The notes: a model not told the origin generated them from the sequence alone. 64,000 nucleotides of DNA from Nannocystis sp. ILAH1 (GCF_026626585.1 NZ_JAPNKD010000018.1:75718-139717); one strand, 5' to 3'. Shown: positions 38,801 through 50,769, counted from the stretch's first letter. Made by a program: numbers and translations.

Positions 38801-39792
38801 GCGCGTGGCCCTCCGGCGACCGCCTGCTGCAGCGCGCGGACCACCGCGCGGCGGACGAGGGCGATCTTGAAGTCGTTGTGGCCGCAGCCGCGAGCGTCGC
38901 GCACGAGGTGCTCGCCGACAGCGGCGAACAGGGCGTCGTCGGGCCTTTGGCCGCGCAGCAGCGCCTCGGCAGTGGGGTCGCGCCACGGCTTGTGGGCCAC
39001 GCCGCCGAGCGCGAGGCGGGCCTCGGCGATCGTGCCGTCGACCATCCTCAGGCCGACTGCCACCGACACCAGCGCGAACGCGTAGGAGTGACGGTCGCGG
39101 ACCTTGAGGTAGGTCGAGTGAGCGGCGAAACCCTCGCGCGGCAGCGCGACGGCGGTGACGAGCTCGCCCGGTTGCAAGGTGGTGTCGCGCTCGGGGGCGT
39201 CGCCGGGCAGGCGGTGGAACTCGGCGAAGTCGATCGCGCGCGCGCCGGCGGGGCCGGTGACGTGCACTGTGGCCGCGAGCGCGGCCAGGGCGACGCACAT
39301 GTCCGAAGGATGGACTGCGATGCAATGCTCGCTGGCGCCGAGGATCGCGTGGATCCGGTTGACGCCGTCACGCGCCGGACAGCCGCTGCCGGGCGCGCGC
39401 TTGTTGCAGGGCAGGGCGGCGTCGTAGAAGTAATAGCAGCGGGTGCGCTGCAGCAGGTTGCCGCCGGTGCTGGCCATGTTGCGCAGCTGCGGCGAGGCGC
39501 CGGCGAGGATCGCCTGCGACAGCAGCGGATAGCGGGACGCGACCTCGGGGTGATAAGCGACGTCGCTGTTGCTGACGAGCGCGCCGATCTCGAGGCCGCC
39601 GTCCGGCAGCGACTTCACTGCGCGCAGCGGCAGGCGAGTGATGTCGATGAGCCGGCTCGGCGCGGCGATCCGCTCCTTCATCAGGTCGACGAGGTTGGTC
39701 CCGCCGGCGATGAACTGGGCCGCGTCATCACCGGCGGCCGCGTGCACCGCCTCGGCGACGTCGCCCGCGCGGGTGTAGCCGAACCGGTTCAT
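38797..39792 (-). CDS. xanthine dehydrogenase family FAD-binding (CoxM-like) subunit
   Basis: ATG at 39792 with a GGAGGGA Shine-Dalgarno, overlapping the upstream stop. FIAGGTNLVDLMK motif. Confidence 0.85.
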   Translation of the reverse strand: MNRFGYTRAGDVAEAVHAAAGDDAAQFIAGGTNLVDLMKERIAAPSRLIDITRLPLRAVKSLPDGGLEIGALVSNSDVAYHPEVASRYPLLSQAILAGASPQLRNMASTGGNLLQRTRCYYFYDAALPCNKRAPGSGCPARDGVNRIHAILGASEHCIAVHPSDMCVALAALAATVHVTGPAGARAIDFAEFHRLPGDAPERDTTLQPGELVTAVALPREGFAAHSTYLKVRDRHSYAFALVSVAVGLRMVDGTIAEARLALGGVAHKPWRDPTAEALLRGQRPDDALFAAVGEHLVRDARGCGHNDFKIALVRRAVVRALQQAVAGGPRA

Positions 39793-40271
39793 GCGTCCCT
39801 CCGCGGCCGCATGGCCTGGCCGATCGCGGCGACGATGTTGGGGTAGGCGCCGCAGCGGCACAGGTTGCCGCTCATGAGCTCGCGGATGTCGTCCTCGCTG
39901 TGCGCGTGGCCCTCGGCGATCAGACCGACGGCCGAGCAGAGCTGGCCCGGCGTGCAGTAGCCGCACTGGAACGCGTCGTGTTCGATGAACGACTGCTGCA
40001 GCGGGTGCAGTGCGTCGCCCTCGGCCAGGCCCTCGATCGTGGTGACGCTGGCGCCGTCGCGCATCACCGCGAGGCTGAGGCAGCTGTTGATGCGGACGCC
40101 GTCGACGAGCACGGTGCAGGCGCCGCACTGGCCGTGGTCACAGCCCTTCTTGCTGCCGGTGAGGCCGAGGCGCTCGCGCAGCAGGTCGAGCAGGGTGGTC
40201 CAGGGGGCGACCTGCAAGCGCAGCGTGGACCCGTTCACCTTCAAGGTGATGGCGCAGGTGTCGTCGCCCAT
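39789..40271 (-). CDS. (2Fe-2S)-binding small subunit of the xanthine dehydrogenase-family enzyme
   Basis: CDHGQCGACTV and CGYCTPG cluster motifs. Start taken as MGDDTCAITLKVNG (40271). An ATG at 40283 is an alternative. Confidence 0.8.
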   Translation of the reverse strand: MGDDTCAITLKVNGSTLRLQVAPWTTLLDLLRERLGLTGSKKGCDHGQCGACTVLVDGVRINSCLSLAVMRDGASVTTIEGLAEGDALHPLQQSFIEHDAFQCGYCTPGQLCSAVGLIAEGHAHSEDDIRELMSGNLCRCGAYPNIVAAIGQAMRPRRDA

Positions 40272-40556
40272 GCCGGGCAGCATGGGCGCGATGGTCGGGT
40301 GCGCGAGCGGTCGCGGCCTGGCACCCCCGCGAGGCGTTCGCCGACCGTCGACACCGGTGCGTGGCGCAAGGCACGCTGGCGAAGCGGCTCGCGACGCGGA
40401 CCTCCGTCGGGCGCGAAGACGACCGCGCCCGCAGGCGCGAAGAAAGCTCGAACTTTTTTGGATCGCAGCGGAGGGGTCGGCGCTCTTCACCAGCGTCGAG
40501 CAACCACGGCAGCACCGCTGCCGCTTCCTTACTCATCACCGATCCGACGCACCATC

Positions 40557-41825
40557 ATGTCCACCAATCCTCCGACTCAAGTCCAGACCTTCGCGCTGTC
40601 GATGTTCACCAACGCCGTCCAGAACGTGACCGGCCAGGACCTCGCCCTGCGGGCGTCCAAGCAGATCAGCCAGGCCCTCGAAAACGCCGCCTCCACCATC
40701 GGCCAGTGGCAGCTCGTCTGGGGCCCCGGCGTGCTGGTGGGGAAGGACGGCTACAGCGTCAACACCATGTACGTGTCGCAGAGCGTCGCCGATCCCTCGC
40801 AGTACGTGATCTCCATCGGCGGCACCAACTTCAACTCCCCGATCGACACGCTCATCGAGGACCTCCACGTCTACAAGCAGGTGCCCTGGCTGTTCAACAT
40901 CGGCGCGATCGGAGCCAAGATCGCGCTCGGCACCGCGATCGGTCTGCTCAATCTCCAGAACTTGAGGCCCGCCCCCCGGCTCCCCGGCGAGGGCACCACT
41001 CTGGTCGACTTCCTCCGGACCATCGTGAGCAACAAGGTGCACATCACCGTCGCCGGTCACAGCCTCGGCGGCGCCCTCGCGCCCACCGTCGCGCTGTGGC
41101 TCGCCGACACTGCGCAGGGGCTGGTGCTGCCCTGGGATCCGGGCAAGAACGCGACGATCGGCGCGCAGTCGTTCGCCGGCCCGACCGCGGGCAACGGCGA
41201 GTTCGCCTTCTACTCGGGCGCCAGGCTCGGCGCGTTGCTGCAGCCTGCCTACAACACCCTCGACCTCGTGCCGCACGCGTGGGCGGAGTTCGGCACGCCG
41301 TCCCTGTTCGAGATGTGGAAGATCTACGAGCCCAACATCGCCCCGCCCGTGCTGCCCAAGGTCGACCTCTCCTACGCCGCGATCGTGGTGCTGGTCGAGG
41401 TGTTCCGGCTGCTGGCCATGGGCGGCGGCTATACGACGCTGCCCAACCTCAAGCCGGTCACCGGCTCGTACACCACGGACGCTTACAAGAGCTCGACCCT
41501 CGACTCGCTGCAGAAGTTCCTGGCCCAGGGCGCATACCAGCACATCGAGGGGTACTACGCCCCGTTCGGCTACGACCCGAACTGGATGCCGGCTTCGCCG
41601 CCGGAGCCGGTGATCCTGTCGCCGGAGCTCGCGGCGCTGGCGCAGAGCTCCTCGTCGGCGAACGACTTCGTGGCAGCGCTGCAGCAGCGCCCGACGCGGC
41701 AGATCCAGGTCGGCGACGTCGTCGTCGACGCGCCCAAGGGCCCCAACGATCCGCAGGCAGATCGCGTCGCCGCCATCGTCCAGGCCGCGTTCGCCAAGCA
41801 GGCCGGAGTGAATCCGCCGGCGTGA
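40557..41825 (+). CDS. class-3 (fungal-type) lipase family protein, no signal peptide
   Basis: ATG at 40557. GHSLGGA nucleophile elbow. 422 aa. Confidence 0.75.
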   Translation: MSTNPPTQVQTFALSMFTNAVQNVTGQDLALRASKQISQALENAASTIGQWQLVWGPGVLVGKDGYSVNTMYVSQSVADPSQYVISIGGTNFNSPIDTLIEDLHVYKQVPWLFNIGAIGAKIALGTAIGLLNLQNLRPAPRLPGEGTTLVDFLRTIVSNKVHITVAGHSLGGALAPTVALWLADTAQGLVLPWDPGKNATIGAQSFAGPTAGNGEFAFYSGARLGALLQPAYNTLDLVPHAWAEFGTPSLFEMWKIYEPNIAPPVLPKVDLSYAAIVVLVEVFRLLAMGGGYTTLPNLKPVTGSYTTDAYKSSTLDSLQKFLAQGAYQHIEGYYAPFGYDPNWMPASPPEPVILSPELAALAQSSSSANDFVAALQQRPTRQIQVGDVVVDAPKGPNDPQADRVAAIVQAAFAKQAGVNPPA

Positions 41826-41954
41826 TCGCTCGCGCTCGAGACGGCGTCTCTCGCACCGGCCGGGCCGGTGCGACGAGCCCAGCCGGCGCGCGCGGCCGCA
41901 GGGACGCGCGCGCCGGAGTTGTCGGGCCGTGGAGGTCGGGCTAGCGTCTTGTCG

Positions 41955-42329
41955 ATGAAGTCCCTCGCCGATTACGAGCAGAAGTTCGACCGGCTCCACG
42001 AGGATTGTCCCGTCCGCGCCGCGCTCGACGTCATCCGCGGGCGCTGGAAGCCCTCGATCTTCTACGAGCTCAAGGACGGCCCGCGGCGCTTCTCGCAGCT
42101 GCAAGCGGCGCTCGCGGGCATCACCGCGCAGGCGCTGACGGTGCAGCTGCGCCAGCTCGAGGCCGACGCCGTGGTCGTCCGCACGGTACACGCGGACGAG
42201 AGCCCGCTGCGCGTCGAGTACGCGCTCAGCGAGTCGGGCAAGACGCTGTCGAGCGTGCTGGACCAGCTCGAGGTGTGGGGCGCGGCCTATATGGCGCGCC
42301 GCGGCACGACGCGATCACGCGTCGCCTGA
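41955..42329 (+). CDS. HxlR-family winged-helix transcriptional regulator
   Basis: CPVRAALDVIRGRWKPSIFYEL...GITAQALTVQLRQLE...RVEYALSESG. Confidence 0.8.
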   Translation: MKSLADYEQKFDRLHEDCPVRAALDVIRGRWKPSIFYELKDGPRRFSQLQAALAGITAQALTVQLRQLEADAVVVRTVHADESPLRVEYALSESGKTLSSVLDQLEVWGAAYMARRGTTRSRVA

Positions 42330-42405
42330 GCCGCTCACTTTTTGGTGAGCAGCTCAAAAATTTACGACGAGGCATGCAGCGGCGGGCGTCGCTACCTTCC
42401 TCGCC

Positions 42406-43065
42406 ATGCACAAGCTCCTCGTCGTCGATGCCAGCGGGCGCGTCACTCGCTCGATCACCCGTCGTCTCACCCGCCGCTTCGCCGAGGTCTGGCGCGCGCG
42501 CGAGCCCCAGGGCGTGGTCCTTCAGCGGGACGTGGGGCTGGAGCCGCCGCCGCCGGTCGACGAGCCGTGGATCGCGGCCGCGTTCGGCGACCCCGAGGCC
42601 CGCTCAGAGGCCGGGCGCGCGGCACTGCGGACCAGCGACGCGCTGATCGACGAGCTCGAGGCCGCCGACGCGGTGGTGATCGGCGCGCCCATGTACAACT
42701 TCGGGATGCCGGCGCAGCTCAAGGCGTACTTCGATCAGGTGATCCGCGTGGGCCGGACCTTCGGCTTCGACGCTGCGGCGGCCGAGCCCTACCAGCCGCT
42801 GCTGCGCGCGCGGCCGGTGGTCGTGATCGTCTCGCTCGGCGACGGGGCCTTGAACCCGGGCGGCGCGCTGGCGCACCTCAACTTCCTCGAGCCGCACCTG
42901 AGGACCTGCCTCGGCTTCATCGGCCTGACCGATGTCACGTTCGTCCGCGTCGGCTTCGACGAGTTCCAGGACGGCCGCTTCCGGGCCTCGGTCGCCGCCG
43001 CCGAGGCCGAGGTCGACGAGCTCGCCGCGCGCCTCGCCGGTCCGGTCACTCGCCTGGCGTCGTGA
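42406..43065 (+). CDS. azoR: FMN-dependent NADH-azoreductase
   Basis: VIGAPMYNFGMPAQLKAYFDQV and FLGFIGLTDV blocks are typical of AzoR. 219 aa. Confidence 0.75.
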   Translation: MHKLLVVDASGRVTRSITRRLTRRFAEVWRAREPQGVVLQRDVGLEPPPPVDEPWIAAAFGDPEARSEAGRAALRTSDALIDELEAADAVVIGAPMYNFGMPAQLKAYFDQVIRVGRTFGFDAAAAEPYQPLLRARPVVVIVSLGDGALNPGGALAHLNFLEPHLRTCLGFIGLTDVTFVRVGFDEFQDGRFRASVAAAEAEVDELAARLAGPVTRLAS

Positions 43066-43158
43066 GCGGTGACTCCGGCGTCGCTGCGTCGAATCGCGGG
43101 GCGCTCCGCGGTCGATGGCGCTGCCGGACTGCGGTAGGATCGGTCCGCGGAGGAGCAC

Positions 43159-44235
43159 ATGCGCGTGAGGATGGCAGCGAGACTGACGATCGCCGCGGCG
43201 ATCGTCGCGGCTCCGGGGACGGCGCGGGCGTGGAACGAGAGCGGGCACCGGATCGTCGCCCGCATCGCCTGGGACGAGCTGACGCGGGCGCAGCAGGTGT
43301 TCGCGTCGGAGCTGCTGGTCCGTCACCCGCGCTTTGCCGAGGACTTCGCGGCCCGCATGCCGCCGGAGATCGCGGCGCGCCCGGCCGACGACGCCCAACG
43401 GCAGCAGTGGGTGTTCATGCACGCGGCGACCTGGCCCGACCTGCTGAAGGGCGCGAACAAGCAGCTGAACGAGACGATCGCGGCGCTGCCGGCCGGCGCG
43501 GAGAAGACCGAGCTCGAGCGCCGCCTCGCCGACGTCAAGCGCCACGACAACCCGACGTGGCACTACGACAACAAGCCGGTCCACGTCGACCCGTACGCGC
43601 TGCCGGCGATCGCTCCGCCCGCGAACCGACCGGTCGGGGTCCAGCAGGCGCTGCCGAACGCGCTGCGCGAGCTCGACGATCGCAGCTTGCCGGTCGAGCG
43701 CCGGGCGGTCGCTCTGGCGTGGGTGCTCCACCTGGTCGGCGACTCGCACCAGCCGCTGCACACCGTGGCGCTGTTCTCGTCGCGGCACCTGCCGCAGGGC
43801 GACCTCGGCGGCAACGCCCTGATCGTCCGGCTGCCCGGACCGGCCGGCGCGACGCCGACCCGGCTGCACGCGGTGTGGGACGACATGCTCGGCGACGATC
43901 CGAAGACCGAGCGCGCGGCCAAGAGCCGCATCGTCGCCGCCAACCCGCGGCGGAGCCTGAAGCCGGAGCTGGCGGCCTCTGACGGCGCGGCGGGGGTCGA
44001 GGCGATGGTCAACCTGTGGCTCGACGAGAGCTTCCGCGCCGCCGACGCGAGCGTGTACGACGCCCGTCTGCGCGCCGCGTTGCTGGCCCCGCTCGCCGCC
44101 GGCGCGACCTCGCCGTTCCCGATCGCGCTCGACCGCCGCTACCTGCAAGCGGCGCGCGCGGTGGCGATGCGCCGCGCGGCCCTGGCCGGGTATCGCCTCG
44201 CCGATTGCATCGGACGGGCCGAGAGCCGGCCCTGA
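43159..44235 (+). CDS. secreted S1/P1-type zinc nuclease family protein
   Basis: GGAGGA Shine-Dalgarno. Signal peptide, then WNESGHRIVARIAWDEL resembling the N-terminus of S1/P1 nucleases. Confidence 0.65.
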   Translation: MRVRMAARLTIAAAIVAAPGTARAWNESGHRIVARIAWDELTRAQQVFASELLVRHPRFAEDFAARMPPEIAARPADDAQRQQWVFMHAATWPDLLKGANKQLNETIAALPAGAEKTELERRLADVKRHDNPTWHYDNKPVHVDPYALPAIAPPANRPVGVQQALPNALRELDDRSLPVERRAVALAWVLHLVGDSHQPLHTVALFSSRHLPQGDLGGNALIVRLPGPAGATPTRLHAVWDDMLGDDPKTERAAKSRIVAANPRRSLKPELAASDGAAGVEAMVNLWLDESFRAADASVYDARLRAALLAPLAAGATSPFPIALDRRYLQAARAVAMRRAALAGYRLADCIGRAESRP

Positions 44236-44251
44236 CGCGTGGCGTTGGGCG

Positions 44252-44415
44252 ATTGTGATGATATGTCCTTCAGGGCATGTCATCACAATGTCGCCCTTGT
44301 CGGAATGTCCGGATGACCTTCGGGACATTCCGGAATGGCCATGTCTCGCAGCGTCGCACACCGTCGTCACGGTGAGCCTGATGCTCTTTCAGTCATGCCT
44401 GATGGGGCATGTCCA
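44252..44415. repeat. cluster of three REP-like palindromic elements in a convergent spacer: 44252-44290 (ATTGTGATGA-TATGTCCTTCAGGGCATG-TCATCACAAT), 44301-44332 (CGGAATGTCC-N12-GGACATTCCG) and 44393-44415 (CATGCC-N6-GGCATGTCC)
   Basis: Direct reading. These are members of the GGACATGTCC-core family. Confidence 0.75.
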
Positions 44416-44427
44416 AAAGGTCACCTT

Positions 44428-45261
44428 TCAGGCTGGCGCCTCGCCCGCCAGCAGCGCCTGCACGCGGGCCAGCGAGGTCGCGATCGCGGCCGACGGCGAG
44501 TCAGGGTCGCCGTCCGGGATCAGGACCTCGCCGACGCGTACGCGCCCGGGCGAGCGCGTCTCGGCGTAGGCGCCGGCGCAGGCGTGGCGGCCGAACGGGC
44601 CGAGGTCGAACTCGTGGTGCTCGGCGATCGTCCGCAGCGTCCGCGGATCGGCGGCGAGCTCCTCGTGGGCGCGGGTGACGACGACGCAGCGCGGGGTCGG
44701 CAGGCCGACCGCCAGGGCCAGGCCCGAGGGTCCGCGGAGGTCGCGGCCGAGCAGCGCGTCCTCCGAGAAGGCGCCCGGGGCGTCGCCGTCGTCGAGCAGG
44801 AAGTTGGGACGGAAGCGGCGCGGGTCCCAGGCGACCTCCGGCTGCAGCGCCCGCAGGTGCGCCAGGGTCCGCGTCGTGAGCACGTGGACCGGCGCGAAGT
44901 CCTGGTGGCGGCCGGGCGCGGCGAAGCGGCCGGGAGCTTCGCCGGCGGCCTGCAAGCGCACGCGGCGGCCGAGCAGCGACGACAGGGCGGGCTCGATGTC
45001 CGCGCCCTCGACGACCTCGCCGTCGGGCAGCGTCACGCGCAGCGGCAGCGGGGCGTCGCGGTCGGCGAGCAGGGCAGCCCGGCAGGCGCGCAGGGCCGGG
45101 TGCGTCGGCCCGCGCTTGTTGGCGATCGTCTCGCCGGTGTCGACGTCGACCGCCACGTACTTGCGATCGCCGTCGCAGCCCGCGTGATCGACGTAGGTCT
45201 CGGGCAGCGACTCGCCCAGCATCGCCTTGACGGGGTAGCGCCAGATCGCCAGGACGCCCAT
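44428..45261 (-). CDS. MOSC-domain protein (YcbX-like, MOSC N-terminal beta-barrel plus MOSC)
   Basis: ATG at 45261 with a GGAGGAGA Shine-Dalgarno. MGVLAIWRYPVKAM...DRKY...HVLT block. The 1103-aa ORF reaching 47739 is a frame artifact. Confidence 0.8.
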   Translation of the reverse strand: MGVLAIWRYPVKAMLGESLPETYVDHAGCDGDRKYVAVDVDTGETIANKRGPTHPALRACRAALLADRDAPLPLRVTLPDGEVVEGADIEPALSSLLGRRVRLQAAGEAPGRFAAPGRHQDFAPVHVLTTRTLAHLRALQPEVAWDPRRFRPNFLLDDGDAPGAFSEDALLGRDLRGPSGLALAVGLPTPRCVVVTRAHEELAADPRTLRTIAEHHEFDLGPFGRHACAGAYAETRSPGRVRVGEVLIPDGDPDSPSAAIATSLARVQALLAGEAPA

Positions 45262-45305
45262 GGTCTCCTCCGGGCGCCAGAGTAGCGCGGCGGGCGGGGC
45301 GGATG

Positions 45306-45325
45306 AGATGTCCGAAGGGACATCT
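45306..45325. repeat. AGATGTCC-GAAG-GGACATCT palindrome in the divergent region between the MOSC gene and the Cache kinase
   Basis: Direct reading. Confidence 0.6.
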
Positions 45326-45576
45326 GGTGACAGGACCCGGGCGGGCGCCGCGGGGCCGCCGCGGTGCGCGAAATGACGCCGACCGCCGATGCGGACGCGG
45401 ATGTCGCGTCGCTGGCCCGATTGGCAGCATTTGCGTCGCGCATCGCTGCCCGCAATTGGGGCACGGCCCGTCTTCAGGCGTGGGATCCCGCGTGCGGTGA
45501 ATCGGGCGCAGGTGCGTTCATCGGGCCTGCTCCGAGCCTGCGGCGGCGGTCGCCGCGCCCGCCACGCGGGGCGGTC

Positions 45577-48033
<2,457 letters not shown>

Positions 48034-48079
48034 ATCGCACTCCGGGCAATCACCGTTGCGAGCGCTCCGCGCCTGGCCT

Positions 48080-49252
48080 ATGACCGGACTGCTCATGCGT
48101 CGTGTGATTCGTCAATCATCGTTATTGGCAGCCCTGGCCGTCGCTTCTCCGGCCTGTTTCCTCGATGACCTGCTGGACGGCGATTCGAGCCCGGTGAAGC
48201 ACGACACCATCGCGCTGTCCACCGGCATCGACGTGGCCTACCGCGAGCTCGGCGACCCCGACGGCGACGTGGTCATCTTCCTCCACGGCTACACCGATAC
48301 CTCGCGCTCGTTTCTGCCGACGGCGCTGGCGCTCCACCAGCTCGACGACGATTATCACCTGTACGTCCTCGACCAGCGCGGCCACGGCGGCTCGTCGATG
48401 CCGCCTGCGGCCGACTGCGCGGCCGCGCCGGCGCAGTGCTTCGAGCCGTCCGACCTGGCCGACGACGTGATCGCGTTCATGGACGCCAAGGGCATCGCTC
48501 GCGCCTCGATCGTCGGCCACTCGATGGGCAGCTTCGTCGCCCAGGAGCTGGGCCTGTCGCACCCGCAGCGGGTCGACAAGCTGGTGCTGATCGGCACCGC
48601 GGCGAGCGTGGTCGGCAACGTGGTGCTGCAGGACTACATCCTGGCCGAGCCGGTCGAGGGCTCGTGGAAGGCCGGCTTCGAGGCCCAGGGCCTGCAATTC
48701 CCCGAGGAGGTGTACGAGCTCGATCCGCTCGACGCGAACGCCGACGCGCAGGCGTGGATCGAGGGCGCGTGGGTGGTCGACCCGGCGGCCGACCCCGACT
48801 TCCTGGCGTCGATCGTGCCCGAGACCGCGGCGACGCGGATGGGCACGTGGATCGGCGTGGCCCGGGCGCTGCTGCAGACCGACAACAGCCAGCGCCTGCA
48901 GGAACTGAGCGTGCCGACGCTGATCCTGTGGGCCACCCAGGACGGCTTCTTCTACGACGACCCCGACCAGCAGGCGCTGCGCGCCGCGCTCGACGTGGCC
49001 GTCGACGCCTGCAAGCTCGAGTACTGGTTCAAGCAGTACGGCAAGCGCCCGCTCGGCCCCGACGGGGTGCAGGTCGACGACATCGGCCACAACACGCAGT
49101 GGGCCACCCCGCAGGAGGTCGCGCGCGACCTGAAGGCGTACCTCGGCACCGGCAAGCCGACGACGGACTGGTATTACTCGGCCGACGGCGATCCGCAGCA
49201 CATCGTCACCAAGAAGAAGGCGGCGCCGCTGATCCACGGCAAGTGCGAGTGA
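48080..49252 (+). CDS. secreted alpha/beta-hydrolase (GHSMGS)
   Basis: Signal peptide MTGLLMRRVIRQSSLLAALAVASPAC. VIFLHGYTD and IVGHSMGSFVA blocks. Confidence 0.75.
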   Translation: MTGLLMRRVIRQSSLLAALAVASPACFLDDLLDGDSSPVKHDTIALSTGIDVAYRELGDPDGDVVIFLHGYTDTSRSFLPTALALHQLDDDYHLYVLDQRGHGGSSMPPAADCAAAPAQCFEPSDLADDVIAFMDAKGIARASIVGHSMGSFVAQELGLSHPQRVDKLVLIGTAASVVGNVVLQDYILAEPVEGSWKAGFEAQGLQFPEEVYELDPLDANADAQAWIEGAWVVDPAADPDFLASIVPETAATRMGTWIGVARALLQTDNSQRLQELSVPTLILWATQDGFFYDDPDQQALRAALDVAVDACKLEYWFKQYGKRPLGPDGVQVDDIGHNTQWATPQEVARDLKAYLGTGKPTTDWYYSADGDPQHIVTKKKAAPLIHGKCE

Positions 49253-49403
49253 CGGGCCGCTCGCTCGCCGCGGCGGCCGGCGGTCCCGTGAATGGGAGCG
49301 CTGGGCTCGCTGCTGCGATTGACCCGCGCAGGCCGGCCGGGGGCGCCGAACCTCCGGACGGCCGCGCTTGACAGGCGGTCGCCGCAGATCTTTACGTGAG
49401 GCG

Positions 49404-50684
49404 ATGCTCGCCGCTTCCCGGGTCCCGCTGGCCGTCTTTTTCGTGGTCGTCGCCTGCGGCGGTGGAGAGGGCGGCGAGAGCGACTCCACGGAGACGGGGA
49501 CCGCCGCGACGTCGACGGAGCCGTCGACCTCGACCACCACCGGGAACACGACGACCCCCACCGAGGCCGCGCCGACGACCACGAGCTCGAGCGGCGATCC
49601 GAGCACCACCGGCGCGCCGCTCGAGGGCTACGCCGATCCGGCGCTGTGGCTGTGTCACCCGGACAAGCCGACAGGCGCCGACGCGTGCCTCTCGGCCGAC
49701 CTGACCGCGACCGAGCTGCTGCCCGACGGCGGGACCGCGATCGTCGAGCACACGATCGCCGCCGCGCCGGCGTTCGACTGCTTCTACGTCTACCCGACCG
49801 TCGACATCCGCCTGCAGCCGGGCCAGACCGAGAGCTTCGACGACCTCGACCAGGAGCTCGACCCGCTGCTCAACCAGGCGGCCCGCTTCACCTCGATGTG
49901 CCGGATGTTCGCGCCGCTGTATCACCAGGTGACGATCGGCACCTACGGCAGCGGCGACGCCGAGGCGCTGCTGACCGCGGCCTACCAGGACGTGCTCGCC
50001 GCGTTCGAGAGCTACCTCGAGCACCACGCCGACGGAAGGCCGCTCTTGATCCTCGGCCACTCGCAGGGCACGTACATGACGACGCGGCTGATCCAGGAGG
50101 TCGTCGAGCCCGACCCGGCCCTGCGCGAGCGGCTGCTGGCGGCGTTCCTGCTCGGCGGCTCGTTCAGCGTGCCGTTCGGCGAGGCGGTCGGCGGTACGCT
50201 CTCGACCCTCCCGCTGTGCGACAGCGCCGAGCAGCTCGGCTGCGTCGTCGCCTACCGCACCTACGCGGCCGCGCTGCCGCCGGAGGGCGGCTCGAACGCG
50301 CCCGACATCCCCGGCAACGACGTCGCCTGCGCCAACCCGGCCGCGCCCGGCGGCGGCTCGGCGCGCGCTCGCGGGGCGTTCTTCCCCAACTTCACCCACC
50401 AGGAGGCGGTGTTCCCGAAGATCGACTTCGGCGCGGCGATCGATACGCCCTTCGTGGTGATGCGCGACTTCTACGGGCTGTCGTGCCAGACCGACGGCGA
50501 CGGCCAGCACTTCCTCGCGGTCGCGCCCGAGCCCGACGACGGCGACGTGCGCACCGATCCTGTCGATGTCACCGCGCCGCTGTTCGCTCCGGGCTTCCTC
50601 GGCCTGCACGTGCTCGACTACAACTACGCGCTGCAGGACCTGCTCGACGCGGCCGCGGCCAAGGCAGCCGCCGCGGGGCTGTGA
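49404..50684 (+). CDS. lipoprotein alpha/beta-hydrolase, DUF3089 lipase-like (GHSQGT)
   Basis: ATG at 49404. MLAASRVPLAVFFVVVAC lipobox. Thr-rich linker. LILGHSQGT. Confidence 0.75.
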   Translation: MLAASRVPLAVFFVVVACGGGEGGESDSTETGTAATSTEPSTSTTTGNTTTPTEAAPTTTSSSGDPSTTGAPLEGYADPALWLCHPDKPTGADACLSADLTATELLPDGGTAIVEHTIAAAPAFDCFYVYPTVDIRLQPGQTESFDDLDQELDPLLNQAARFTSMCRMFAPLYHQVTIGTYGSGDAEALLTAAYQDVLAAFESYLEHHADGRPLLILGHSQGTYMTTRLIQEVVEPDPALRERLLAAFLLGGSFSVPFGEAVGGTLSTLPLCDSAEQLGCVVAYRTYAAALPPEGGSNAPDIPGNDVACANPAAPGGGSARARGAFFPNFTHQEAVFPKIDFGAAIDTPFVVMRDFYGLSCQTDGDGQHFLAVAPEPDDGDVRTDPVDVTAPLFAPGFLGLHVLDYNYALQDLLDAAAAKAAAAGL

Positions 50685-50688
50685 ACCC

Positions 50689-50766
50689 GAGGACATGTCC
50701 CGAGAAGAAGGTTCAAACGGACATGTCCTGGGCGGCATGTCGAGGTGAACATGCCCTGAAGGACAG
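50689..50766. repeat. three REP-like elements in a convergent spacer: GGACATGTCC (50691-50700), GGACATGTCC (50719-50728) and GGCATGT-N8-ACATGCC (50734-50755)
   Basis: Direct reading. Confidence 0.8.
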
Positions 50767-50769
50767 AAC

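Noticed and set aside
44255-44569. Small ORFs crossing the palindromic repeats that yield recurring CPxGH and MSxGH peptides (also 45303-45500, 57129-57617, 55585-55944 and 24344 upstream part).
   Set aside because: The peptide similarity is a by-product of translating the same DNA palindrome (TGTCC...GGGCATGTC) in different frames. There are no Shine-Dalgarno sequences. The sites are convergent spacers.
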